From the human T2T-CHM13v2.0 reference genome, Homo sapiens, in NCBI RefSeq assembly GCF_009914755.1, contig NC_060927.1: a stretch of 64,000 nucleotides of DNA; one strand, written 5' to 3'. Under the pieces are notes generated by a model. It did not search any database. It was not told the DNA's origin and saw only the letters and a program-made list of their open reading frames with translations. Positions 28,787 through 42,984 of the stretch are shown one piece after another; the stretch's first letter is position 1; each line of letters begins with the position of its first letter. Both the position numbers and the translations under genes were made by a program.

Positions 28787-29329
28787 TCTGTCACCTCATG
28801 GTTCCCATCCAACATTTTCACATAAAAATGGGGGTAGATTTAAGCAGGCTGGTGGAGATGCTTACAGCAGGGTTGAGAAGGGGAGAAGTGTCCAAGTCAT
28901 CCAAGAAAATCATTACTGAGCATGTAGTATGTGCCAGATGTACATTCCTTTGGTCCTCACCTATGAGGAAGGCCTACTAATCTTCTGCTGAGAAAGATGA
29001 GGCTCCGAGAAACATGCTTCCTTCCACTTTCCTCCAACCCAGGAACCGGCGCTATAAACCACCTGGTGCTCAAGCAGAAACGTGGGGGCTGTCCATGACC
29101 CCTCCTTGCTAACCCACCTGTAACTATTTATGATCACTCAAATAGTAAATGGAGGGGTAAAGTTCAAAAGATGGTCTGCTTGATGACAATGTCCACACTC
29201 TTTTTGCTATATCTGCAACCTCTCCCAAGAAAACTGGGCTTGTTAAATTGTTCTGGCATCCTGTTGGCTGGTCCAGGACAAGGTTAAATTATTTTTAAGT
29301 GCTGTTTTGCAAATTTCTCCAGTATATTT

Positions 29330-30420
29330 CAGTTCGAATTTGAATACCAGCTCTATCTCTGGCCCAGGATGCTACTTGAAGCCCGACATCTCCACTCAGA
29401 TATCTCACATCCATCCAAACAAACAACTCCAAAATAAGATTCTTGACCTTCCTCTCAAACCCTTATTCTCCCCAGTTTCCTCCATCTCAGGCACTGGCAC
29501 CACCAAGTGTCTTGTACACAAGCCGGATACCTGTCAGTTGTCTTTGAAACTTCCCTCCTCTTCTCCATCCAAACCATCACCAACTCTTGTCTATTTCAGT
29601 AGTCAAAACAATTAATAGCAGCAACGGTTATTAAAGCATTCACTATGTGCCAGGTACTCTTGTGATGCATATACAGCATTATTAACTCATTCGATTTTCA
29701 TAACAACTTCACATCATGGCTCCTATGATTATTTTCATTTAACGGTGGCATAGGAAAATTAATTTGCCCAAGGTCATACAGCTAGTAAGAGAGGAAGTTA
29801 GTACTATAACCCAGTCATTCTGGCTTCAGAACACACACTTTTAGCCATGACACTCTATCCAAGATAATCCCCAATCCATTCACCTTACTCGTTTTCCACT
29901 GTCTCATTTTAGTTCAAGCTCACTGATTTTAGTCATTGCTCACTCTAGCAACAGCAAAGGTCTCCCAAGTGGTCGTCTTGGTTCTGTTTCTACCTCATTT
30001 TCACACATCAATCTTCATGAAACAGCTAGCAGGATCATCTTAAAGTTTATATTGGATCACGCCATTTCCGCTGCTAAAATCCACAAAACCACTCAACTAC
30101 TTTCTGAATGAAATTCAAACTCCTTAATGTGGTCTCTAAGGTGTATGTAAACCGGCCCCTTCCCTCTTCCCAGACTTTGTCTCCTACCCTTCTCTACCTT
30201 ACCATCTTTCTATTCCACTGGCCTTCCTGCTCATCTTTAAACCCAGCAAATTCATTCCTGTCTCATGGCCTTTGCACATGCTGCTCCCTCTGCCTGCAGT
30301 GTTCTCCTCGCCCTCAAGACAGCTTCATCAAATCCTCAATGTGTCTCAGGGTACTTTCTTGACCCCGTTCCCCAAACTAAAATAACCTCTGTATTATTTT
30401 ATCTTAGCACCCGCTCTCTA
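29330..30420 (+). mobile_element. L2 fragments interrupted by a MIR (~29610-29860, minus strand)
   Basis: gacatctccactcagatatctcac..ttcctccatctcaggcactggcaccacc..gaatgaaattcaaactcctt..ggcctttgcacatgctgctccctctgcctg. Confidence 0.75.
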
Positions 30421-30449
30421 CTTTCATGGCAATAAAAAAATGCATTCCA

Positions 30450-30960
30450 GGAGGAAATATAAAACGAAATAAAAATTTTGCAAATCATATCTCTGATAAG
30501 AAACTTGTATCTTGAATATACAAAAAACTCAATAGTAAAAAGGCAAGATAATTTAAAAACAGGCAAAGGATCTGGAATATTATTAAGCAATATAAAGAAA
30601 TGAATTTTATCGATACATGGTATGACATGGATAACCTTTGAAAACATTATGCTTAGTGAAAGAAATCAGTCACAAAAAGTCAAACATATTGTATTATTCC
30701 ATATACATGAGATGTCCAGAATAGGAAAATTCATAATTCATACAGACAGAAAGTAGATTAGTTGTTGCCCAGAGCTGGAGGAGGGAATGAGGAGCAAGTG
30801 TTAATGAGTGTGAGGTTTTTGAGGGGAGTGATAAAAATGATCTAAAATTAATAGTGGTGATAGCTGCAAACTGAGAATATACTAAAAATCACTCAATTGT
30901 GTGCACTTTAAGTGGGTAAATTGCATAGCATGTGGATTCTCAATAAAGCTGTTTAAAAAT
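30450..30960 (+). mobile_element. L1MB-type 3' end
   Basis: ttgcaaatcatatctctgataagaaacttgtatc; acatggataacctttgaaaacattatgcttagtgaaagaaatcagtcacaaaa; gacagaaagtagattagttgttgcc; ctcaataaagctgttt. Confidence 0.85.
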
Positions 30961-31521
30961 AGAATGGAATGTAGTTTTTACTACACTTTAAAATGGACCT
31001 GTTTGGCATTTACAAGGCAGGTGTGGCTTAACTAAGAGTATCTACAACTTGCTTTTGATAGGAGAAGATAAGTTTTAGATGAAACTTCCTCATATAGAAT
31101 TTATAATCTCTCTCTCTTCTCATAATTCCTAGTCTTTTTGTCTTTTTCTATAGATATTGTTGAAATCTTAGAATAAGATGTATAGAATTTTAGCATGGGA
31201 CAAGATATAAGAGATAATGTAGTCTCTGATTTTAGAGGAAAGAAAACATACTCGGAAAGAATAAACATCCTTTCCACGATCACAAAGATAATGAGAATGA
31301 GAATCAGAGCTTTCCAGATCAAAGCTTTATTTTTTATTTTTCAACAGCACCATAGAAAATGTAGAGTAGTGAATGGTATTTTCCAAAATATCTTCTTGAC
31401 CAAAGTCGCTAACAATTGACAAGGATGAAGTCTACACAGAGATTGCTTTTTATTGCAGTCATTCCCTCAGTAGCCCTTGACCGAGTGCTTGGTTTGTATT
31501 AGTCACTTTGGGAATAAGGAC

Positions 31522-31524
<3 letters not shown>

Positions 31525-31553
<29 letters not shown>
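31525..31553. repeat. Poly(T) run
   Basis: Directly visible. Confidence 0.9.
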
Positions 31554-31556
<3 letters not shown>

Positions 31557-32436
31557 GCAGTATTGAGTAGGAAGTTTACATTGGAGTCTCTCCCTCAAGA
31601 GTTAGGTCTTCATAGGTACTGAACACTTACACCAATCACCTCCATTACTCAGCTCCTAAGCAGAGATGGAAGCCTCCTAGGTGGAATGTTGAATTTGATT
31701 TTGAATTCTCTCTTCAACATTTTCAGCATAAAATTCTTTTCCACTCCTAGATAATATGCCTTTTCTATCTTCTCTTCTCTGTAAAACACTTGGCTTTGAG
31801 ATCCTGAGAGGTCTTACTTAGTTGTGGGTCTTTGATTATCTCAGGTTTTCTTTTGTCAGCATCAGTGGGAAATAAGAAGTGAAAAAGTGATTTCGTTTCT
31901 TAGTGTTTCTGAGTTAATAATGGAAGCACAACTTTGGTTAAATCATTACTTTTGATTCAAATTAAAACACTGGTATCAACATAATACTTTTAAAAATAAT
32001 CAGACTAGACAATCTGTTCAGATAAGCATTTGACCTCAAAAATATTTTTTACTTCTATATTCCTTGACTACCGCCCCTTTCCAACTTTCCTCTATTTCAG
32101 AAAGTTTAAATTGCCTAAAAGAATTCCGGCTTCATTCAGTGGGGTCTTTTATTAATAGGCAGAGAAAAGAGAACTGTATTATAAGACTCAATGACATATA
32201 GGATGGATTTTTGCTACTCCATTTCGTCTGGCTGATGACAAGAAATGCATGTGTCCATGCTCAGTGTTGGTTTAGGTGGGCTGGAGAAGGTGGGGCTACT
32301 ATTTTGACATCACTGTTATTGCTCAATTCTCTGAAATATATTTTTAAAGCATTTTATCAGCTGCTTCACTGAATTTCTCTGCAAACTATTATCTTCTCAC
32401 ATAATCCAGTAAAAAAGAAAGCACATAGTCCTTTTA

Positions 32437-32766
<330 letters not shown>

Positions 32767-32938
32767 GTTAAAAATGTTTATGAAGCTTATAAAAATGCAT
32801 TCATTCAATCTGTTTTGGTTGTCACCTGATAGAAATTCTTGAAAAGGCAACCAGGTTCCTCTCTACTATATGGGACTATGAAATAGAGTTTTCTACATGA
32901 TAGTGAATGATAGTAATAAATATGTTTAACCATCTTCC

Positions 32939-33132
32939 TATCATTCAGTAACCAGTTTGTATACTATCTTATACAAGGTAAGTATTATCTTGTATTAAAT
33001 ATTAAAAATATTAATTAAAACATTAAATTAAAATTTAAAATATTAGTTTAATTAAAAATATTAAATTAAAATATAAAGATAAGTATTAATTATCTTGTAT
33101 AAGATAGTAAACAAACTGCTTACTGAATGATA
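32939..33132. repeat. AT-rich inverted repeat (43-bp arms, ~108-bp almost purely AT spacer)
   Basis: 32939-32981 matches the reverse complement of 33090-33132 at 40/43 positions. Confidence 0.93.
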
Positions 33133-34364
33133 AGTATTATCTTATGCTTATCTGATAATATAAGATAGTATACAATATCTTATACACTGTCTTATTATAT
33201 AAGATAAACTTACTAATAATTCTCTTTCAGAGTTTCATTGTACCATTAGTTAGCATCTAACTTAGGTAGAGAGTAAAGAGGCAAAGGTGGTGAACTGTGA
33301 TTCTATCTAATTTCTGATTTTTTCATTCTAGAAAAAGTTTAGGGGAAAAGAGAATAAAACTAGTGTAAATTGTAAGGTTTGGGGCTTTTTGGTGTCATCA
33401 ATTGGCAAACCTCTCCTAATTGTGTTCCTAATTAAGCTTTATTGGACTACACAATATTTAGAAGGGAAGAAAAAAGAGAGGGAGGAAGAAATTATTAATT
33501 CACAGAAACTTGATTTAATTGCCAATAGTTAAAAACCTTAAGATTTCACACAAAAATGAAGATTTCTATTTTTTCTTCTTAAAACAAGACAATATAGTCA
33601 CCCTAACTAAGCCTGTATTACCACAGGACAATACTGAGGGGTAGCTGTCCTGTTTAGGCAAGCTATACTCACCCTTCACCTTTTCCTGGCCAGGCTGGCT
33701 AAATTCTTTTATCCTCTTGATCCCTAAAGGCATTTTGTCCATGAGACCCTTCTGATCTAGGCCATCCTTCCTAACATTCTGGCCATTAAAATGAACACTT
33801 GGCATTTGATTAGCAGGTATAGATGCATAAAAGATGAATGAGAAAATATATGTCTTCTAGTCTGACTCTGACCTCAGAATCTAATGTCTTCCTAAATAAG
33901 AAAATACAGCACACATACCTACTTTTTAAACTATTTTCATCAGCTGACCAAAAATCTGGATTTTTCTGACATTGTCTTAAAAGGCAACAAACTAGTGACA
34001 TGCGAACAGAAACCACAGGTTTAAAGAACATTGCTGAAAATATTATACGTTTGGTATCTGTGCAAGTGTTTTCTCAGAGTGCTTTCATCTTTCCTATTTT
34101 TATTTTTTCTAAAAATAGGACTGTTTTAATATCAATATGTCATCAAATAATCCATTTAAGCAGCAGATTACCAGGCAAAACCAAGAAACATCAATAGATA
34201 GGAGTGTAAGACACTGTGTAGCCCTGCACTTCTCTGAAACAGCAGATCAGATTTCCCAGTGAGGACATTTGCCTTTAGAGTAGAGTTAGGCGCATTTGAA
34301 GGCTATAGGAGCTCTTCAGAGTCATGATGGTAGTAATTACTCAGTAACTGCTTTAGTGATTTAA

Positions 34365-34525
34365 AGCAGAGCTTCTCAAACATGAATGAATCACCTGGGC
34401 ATCTTGTTAAATGAAGATTCTGGTCCAACAGGTCTGGGGTGGGGCCTAAAATTATGCATTTCTGACAAGTCCCCAGGGGAAGTCTATGGGGCTGGCCTAG
34501 GGTCCACACTCGGAATAGGAAGGTT
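34365..34525 (-). mobile_element. MER5A-type MITE
   Basis: cttctcaaac..gaatcacctgggcatcttgttaaatgaagattctgg..ggtctggggtggggcctaa..tgcatttctgacaagtcccc. Confidence 0.8.
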
Positions 34526-34644
34526 CTAAAGAAATACAGCATTGTAAAAGGAAAAATAAACATTTTGAGGCTAAATGACAGCAGTCATTGTGGGCTGATA
34601 ATACCTGCCAGACAAATTATCTCAGCATCATTTCTTGTTCCTAG

Positions 34645-34782
34645 GAGTTGAAGCAGCCAAAGTTGGCTGACTGTGTGCTAGCTCTCTTTAGAGATCCTGA
34701 GCAGGCTGAAGACCCTGTTGTACTGGGTAGTTCTGAAGCACAAAAGACCACGGAAGAGTTTTTTAATCAAAAAATATTTGAG
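34645..34782 (+). other. Candidate 138-nt symmetric (phase 0/0) exon of an unidentified transcript
   Basis: Acceptor catttcttgttcctag|G, donor GAG|gtaatc. Open frame ELKQPKLADCVLALFRDPEQAEDPVVLGSSEAQKTTEEFFNQKIFE in non-repetitive sequence. Protein not recognised. Confidence 0.35.
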
Positions 34783-35325
34783 GTAATCTCTGAAATGCTT
34801 ACAGAAGACTGCAATTTGGTCTGTAGTTTACATTCAGAATAATTGCCTTTGAAGATTTAAAAAAAGAAGGAGCTTTGAAGAATACCCCATTTGCAACATC
34901 ATTGCCTCTCAACCAGTTAAACATTTTCGATTCTTTCAGTCCACTCAGTAGGGTCCTAGTTAATGCACTGGTTACTAACAATTTAGCAATTAGTTTCAAT
35001 TTCCTCCACCAAACATTTTATAAATGGTAAAACTGACTAACTCAGATACCCACTCCCTCCCCTACAGTGCAGCAAATGTATCAGCAACCTGAAGGAAAGA
35101 ATGTTCCTCCATGAACATCCAACTTAACTGAGGAGTGATTTAAGTACTGAGAAAATTAATCTCATACTATTCGAAAAGAAGAACCGAACTGCAAACCAAT
35201 AGTCACATTACAGAAAAGATAATACTTAGCTAAAGCTTCAGATGTCCATGTAGGATGGCCTTCACCTTCAAATACGTTAAATATTATAAATATTCTAAAA
35301 GAAAAAAATTCAAGGTTCAGTTTTT

Positions 35326-36268
35326 TCCTCTTTTACTTTCTGATATTTATGTATTTATTATTTATTTATAAATATTTATATATTTATTTATTATACTTTA
35401 AGTTCTGCGGTACATGTGCAGAACGTGCAGTTTTGTTACATAGGTATGCACATGCCATGGTCGTTTGCTGCACCCATCAACCTGTCACCTACATTAGGTA
35501 TTTCTCCTAATGTTATCCCTTCCTTAGGCCCCCACCCCCCAACAGGCCCGGGTGTGTGAGTTCCCTTCCCTGTGTCCATGTGTTCTTGTTCAACTCCCAT
35601 TTATAAGTGAGAACATGTGGTGTTTGGTTTTCTGTTCCTACGATAGTTTGTGATAGCTTGCTGAGAATGATGGTTTCCAGCTTCATCCATGTCCCTGCAA
35701 AGGACATGAACTCATCCTTTTTATGACTGCATAGTATTCCATGGTGTATATGTGCCACATTTTCTTTATCCACTCTATCATTGATGGACATTTCGGTTGG
35801 TTCCAAGTCTTTGCTATTGCGAGTAGTGCTGCAATGAACATACCTGTGCATGTGTCTTTACAGTAGAATGATTTATAATCCTTTGGGTATATACCCAGTA
35901 ATGGGATTGCTGGGTCAAATGGTATTTCTAGCTCTAGATCCCTGAGGAATCACCACACCGTCTTCCACAATGGTTGAACTAATTTACACCCCCACCAACA
36001 GTGTGAAAGCGTTCCTCTTTCTCCACATCCTCTCTAGCATCTGTTGTTTCCTGACTTTTTAATGATCGTCATTCTAGCTGGCGTGAGATGGTATCTCATT
36101 GGGGTTTTGATTTGCATTTCTTGGATGACCAGTGATGATGAGCTTTTTTTCATGTTTGTTGGCTGCATAAATGTCTTCTTTTGAGAAGTGTCTGTTCAGA
36201 TCCTTTGCCTACTTTTTGATGGTTTTTTTATTGTAAATTTCTTTAAGTTCTAATATCCAGAATCTACA
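35326..36268 (-). mobile_element. 5'-truncated L1PA (L1PA7-like) with a ~20-nt 5' inversion
   Basis: Antisense L1 3'UTR (ttatactttaagttctg..tacatgtgcagaacgtgcag) and ORF2 end; TSD aaggtt(c/t)agttttt at 35312-35325 and 36269-36282. Confidence 0.93.
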
Positions 36269-37589
36269 AAGGTTTAGTTTTTATATAGGTACTTATAAAT
36301 ATTTTTATTTGAAAATGTATTTGTTTGTATTTTGGGGGCATAATATCACGCTCTTATTAATATATTCACAAGACATTTTGGTAAACAGAGCAGTTAAATT
36401 TTAGCCATTCAATTTTAAGAAATCACTTGAAACCATATGGGTTAGGCAGTGCCTAATGTTTTACCTGCTGTCCTCTTTTCTTTGCTTCCACTTCCTCTAA
36501 AAGATTATTATTCTATGCTCATTAAGGACATTTTATTTAGCACATTTTCTAAATGGCTTTTGAGAATGTATTATCTGGTGAACTCTGTCTTTAAACACCA
36601 AAATGGAAAGGTTAAAGTGACAGGCTTATCTATCCGAGATGTATCTTTCTAAAAATACGAGAAGGTTATTATTTTTTTTCTTGTTTCATACCATACTGGG
36701 TAAATGAATCTATGGGTTTAAATTATAAAGCAAACATCATCAGGAACATCACAGAGTTCAGAGATGATCAGACAAATTGCACTGAAAAAGTTTACCCTCA
36801 ATTATCTTTATCAGCAATGGGAAAAGTGACAGGATACATTCAAACCACTGTGTTGGGTTTGTAATATTCATGATTATTATTTTTGAACCAGATTTCTTTG
36901 TATTTCCTTAACATGTTTGTACAGACTAATATTTAAACAATTTTCTTTCATTCCTTTAATCTACTGTAATTAAAGGGAAGAGAACATAAAGCTTAACTTT
37001 ATAATTCACTAAGTAATGATTGGCTATCTTGAGAATTATTTGTCTATGAGATTGTAGCTCCAGAGTTATGCTGTAGTTATGACTGAGTGTCAGGTACTAA
37101 AACTTTTAGAGGATTCATCCAGAACTGCCTGGTCATAGAAAAGATGGGGAAAAGGTAAAATTTGTAAGAAGTGCTTCCAGGAATCTTAGTTTCTATTTAC
37201 TAAGATTCTGCTCCAGACAAAACGTCACAATTTTAGTTGATAAGCACTTCATGTGTTCTCTCATAAGGTTATGTAACTTCATCTAACTCTTACAGGGTTA
37301 TTTGTATTTTAGCAGAAGATTTGCATTTTAGCAGAAGATTCCAAAAGCCTGGAAAGTTGTAAAGCCCCCCAGAAGTATAAGAGCCTCACTGGTCAATTGT
37401 AGGGGTTTGCAGGCTAGAGGCTATGTATCTCTAAAATTTAATTCAAAACTGTATACATGTTTTATGCACACCATTTTCTAGGCAACAGTACAGACTCTTA
37501 AATGGTTCTGCAATCCCTAAAAGGTCAAGAACCACTGCTAATAATGGAATATGAGTCACTAAGAAAAAAGAATTCATCAGCATCACTTT

Positions 37590-37835
37590 GGAGAGGTTGG
37601 CTACAGTCTTGGGTTTTGAAGTGAGGCAGGCCTGGGGTCAAGTCTGTAGTTTGCCATTTACTCACTGTGCCACCGCAAGCAAGTTACTTAACTTCTCTGA
37701 GGTAGGTTTCCTCCCTTTATAAAGTGGAGATAAAAGTAGCACCTACTTCAGTGGGATGTTGTGAGAATTAAGCGTAATGTTTATCAAGATGTTGGTACAT
37801 AGCTGGTATACTGTATACTCTCAATAAACAGTAGC
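37590..37835 (+). mobile_element. MIR
   Basis: gcaagttacttaacttctctgagg..gttgtgagaattaa..ctcaataaacagtagct. Confidence 0.8.
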
Positions 37836-39681
37836 TGCTACTCTTAGTACTGTTAGTATTACTTGCTTTATTAGCATTATAAAAAACATTGTGAAGGCAG
37901 AGGACTTATCTGCCAAGTTAAGGCAGATTATTCTAACTCTTCTTGCAGCTGGCTAATAAAATAGAGATGTGGCTAATTAACTTAATGATTAATCCATCGT
38001 TGACCAAGTCAAAGCTTAACAGATTTGTTCTTTAAAAGTGATCTGATTTTATTTGCATTAACTATAAGCCAACTAATCTAGTGAAATGAAATAATTGAGG
38101 GTTTTAAATATTCTCTGGTCTTCTAAGAATTTCCTAAATTATAAAATGACTATGATGTCTATACTAAGGGGGCATGTCATACAGCATGCAAAAATAAGCA
38201 TAAATTTATTGTCAGCTATGTTCAAGACAACATCTTAGCGTTAAAAATCTGGTGTCTTCCCAAATGGTCATCAATGAGACTTATTAGGTATTACGGCACA
38301 TCTTTAGCACAGATTGCCATGCACCTATTAAAAATAATTTTAAAGAATAATATTCAATGACATGGAATAATGTTCATGATACATTTAGTGAAAAAAGATG
38401 TCCACAAAATTATATAAAGCCTCATCCTGTTTCTGTACAATGATGAGCACAGAAAACTGCCTAGAAGGAAATACACCAACATTTCAACGGTGGGTGACAA
38501 GACAATAGGTGAGTTTCTAAAATGAGCATTCATTACTTTTGTCATCAGAAAAATAATAAAAAGCATTAGAACATAATGGCTAAAAAAAAAAAACTTTTCA
38601 GCAGCATGTTATCCCAAAAAGGGCCCCAGATGGCAAGGACTTGGGCTTGAGCCCAAGACACAGGCACCTTTAAGGGATAGGCTTGGACAAGTTACCTCCT
38701 TTCTTTTGGGCCAGATATTATTCCTTAGAATTAAGAAGGTTTGACTAAATGATCTCTATGTATCTCTCCAGTCTTACATTCTAGAATTGCATGTCTCTTG
38801 CTATGAGAAGAAGATGAGTTTTTAAGAAAATTCAGACAAGTAGTCCTTCAAATTAAGTTGGTTCTATTACTCACGGCATTTCAGGAGTAACGTATTGCCG
38901 AGGTCATAGCCCTGTTCTAAACTATTACATATTAGAAAATTATCTATGTGATTAAATTTGTTCTGTGGTAATACATAGTAAAGAAATCAATTTACTTGGA
39001 GCTCCAAATCAAAACAGAACAAAACATGTTTTAAACTGCTACCATTTGGCTCTGTGTATAAAATGAATGCATAAAACCCTACTTTGCATTGTCCTTGCAA
39101 CATACAGAGGGGAGAAAATTCTTCCTTTGTTCCTGCCCAGATTCTTCCCCTTGGAGCCAGTGGGCTCTTCAGATGCCACTGAGGAGTTTCCTCGAGGTGC
39201 TTTTCAAATGGCATTGAAAGATGGCAGCAGTCACCCAGAAGCCTGGGAAAAATACCCAGTTTCTCAGGCTACCAAGCTCACCCTCATCTGGGCAAGGCAC
39301 CCAGCTGAGAGGAACTAGTACCCAAAGGCTGATCTGCTTCTATGCATGAGCAAGAACAATTTTCCACCCACTCCCTGTAACCCCCCTCCTGTCACTGCTA
39401 TAGGGTCACACAACTTGGCTTCCCTCCTGGACAGAGGGGAAACTCATTCCACAGTATCTATTTGGGCTCTGCTATTGACAAAGAGCTTGATTTGCCCTGA
39501 TTAGTAAGACAGTATTGTTTCCTCTAGCCAGGGCTAGTTAAGGGAGAAGGAAGAAATATCTGAAACCTTAATGGAGTGTTAAGGGATTAAGATTTCTATG
39601 TAACTTTGTTACTAGAAAAAGTGTTGAAAGGAACGGGGAACGGCTTTTCTCTTCACACCATCTCATTTCTAAATTTGATAA

Positions 39682-39976
<295 letters not shown>

Positions 39977-40382
39977 ACATTTGATAATAATCTTTCAAAG
40001 ACTCCCCGATACTATATTTTTCAAAGGCACAGGTAAATATGTTGCTGCTACATAAAGCAAGTTTAAAATAAAATATGCTGCTTGGGGAATTTTCACTGTG
40101 ATTAGAAATTGCTTCAAAAGTATACTTGATTTGGACTTAGAGTCTCATGGTAGACAAACTATTTCCCAGAAATTAGAAAGGCAGACTTGAGAGCAGTCTG
40201 TCAGCAAGCATTGCCAACTATTCTGTAAGTATTAATGAACACCCATGAGTGCAGAACTATTAATTTACATCACAGTGCCACCACTGATGACACTGAAGCA
40301 GTAATCTGTTAAATGCTATCCCCTTTGTAAGAGTTATCGACACTTTGAAAATGCAGTAAGAACACTCTTAAGAAATGGTTGC

Positions 40383-40693
<311 letters not shown>

Positions 40694-40779
40694 AATGGTT
40701 GCATTAGTTTGGTTAATATGGCACATTACAACACAAATGCACAGATAAAAATAAATCTATGTCATTAAACTTTAGCCCA

Positions 40780-41750
40780 AATAATCAATGGTGATGACAG
40801 TCTTTCTAAGATCTTGACTTAATATTTTATTTTGTCTAATATGAATATTGCCATTTTAGCTCTATTTTAATTAGTATTTTTCCAATGTAGCTATTTCCAT
40901 CTAATTACTTTCAAACTTTTTGAGTTACTATTTTTAGGTCTGATGCTTGTAGACAGCATATACCTGGATTACGGGTTTTATGCAATCTGGAGGTCTTTCT
41001 TTTTAAGCTGAAGAATTTAGTTCATTTACTTTTAATGTGATTAAATATATATTTGGACTCATTTCAGTTGTCTTATTTGTTGTTATTGTTTTCTGTTGAT
41101 CACACTTTTTTTGTATTTGTTTCTTTCCTGATCTCTATTGAATTGATTATTGAATTTATTCTCCTCTACAGGTTTGGAGTCAAACATTTTATTTCTGTAG
41201 AGATTATTTCTAAATTTGTAAACCAACCAAAATCTAAAGAAAATCTTTTTTTATCATTCTATAAAATAATAGAGACTGTGGAAGTTATTACTTACAGTTC
41301 CCTCTTGCTCCATGCTGTTATAGTAGTTAAGTTCTGTATTTTTTTAACAAATACCCACAAAAAATAGTTACTATTAATGTCACTGTTGTTATTTTACAAA
41401 CAGTACTTATTTAGATTTCCCATTATGTTTACAAAATTCTTCACTCACTATTTTTTTTTTCCTGCAACCTACACCTTCTTTCTTGGTTCAATTCTCTTCT
41501 CATTCAAATATATTCTGCAGTAGTTATTTCAGCAAGGGTCTGTGAGTGGTTAGTTAGCTCAGTCTTCTTTATCTAAATCAATTTTTAATTCATCCTTAGT
41601 TTTGAATTATATTTTAGCTAGTATGGGATTTTGGGTCGATGATTTTGCTCAGGATTCTGAAAAACACATTCTGCTGGTATCTAGCGTCTATTGTTGCTAA
41701 TGAAAAGTTAGCTGGCTATTTAATTGATTTCTTTGCAAGTAACGTTATCT
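40780..41750 (-). mobile_element. Old L1M fragment
   Basis: Antisense L1 motifs (tttgtctaatatgaatattgcc..gcttgtagacagcatata..ttcatttacttttaatgtgatta; tagtatgggattttgggtcga). Confidence 0.6.
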
Positions 41751-41827
41751 CTACTCCAACCCCATTACATTTGATTGGTTTTATTCTCATCAGGATGAGG
41801 TGAAGTGGGAATCTGCCTGGGGTTTAG

Positions 41828-42121
<294 letters not shown>

Positions 42122-42984
42122 TAGAATTTTCCTTTAATCTGAACCTCTAAGTCCTGGCTGTATGCTAGTTGATTTCATCAGCACTATCTTCAAGTTCAAG
42201 AGATTTTTTTCCCACATTTATATCTAGTCTGCTCTTTAAACAGACTTTAAAAATTGGCTTTGGTCCTTATTTTTATTAAATTTATACTTTCACGTGGCTT
42301 AAAATGTCAAATAATTTTATAAATTTGTTATGAAGAACTACTCTCCCATCTCCCCCTTCCATTTCTTCCTTCCTAGAGATAATCACTCTAAGCTCTTTAT
42401 TTATGAGAAGGGAGTCTTTACCTCCATGTCCATAATAGCATGACTGTATTATGTGATATTTCAGTTTTAGGCATTATCTATTTACTCCCCAGTATGGAGA
42501 ATAAGCAATCAGCTGGTTTTCCTCTGTGCCCAACATACATGTGCAGCCTTCTGAATTAGTTTGTAAATGACTTCCTTCTTTCTATTTTTTTTTCTGTTCT
42601 CCCTTCCTGATATTTCTCTTATTAAGATGTACTGCTGCCAAAACTAGTCATTTGATTATCTTGGGTTTTATTGTTTTTTTTCCTCTTATTTACCATCTCC
42701 ATTTTTTTCATTCTTTCTGGGAGATTTTTCTCAATTTTATCTTTTACTTGTAGATTGATATGGTTGGGCAGAATTGAGGGTACCCTCAACTCATCATCCT
42801 TAGTTTCTATCACTTGGGCTACTCAAATTTCCCTTAGAAGACTTATTTTCAAACTACCACCTGGAGAGTGAAGGCTTGGATGGTAGGGTTCCGGAAACCC
42901 AGTGGGGAAGAGTTCTGCTGGCTCCGTGTTCAGTATGCACACATTTATCTAATTCTTGTTTAGAGTACCCTCCAATCTCAACTA

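Noticed and set aside
35513-35851. 112-aa ORF (and the 111-aa ORF at 50166-50501)
   Set aside because: These are fragments of L1 ORF2/3'UTR, sense or antisense.
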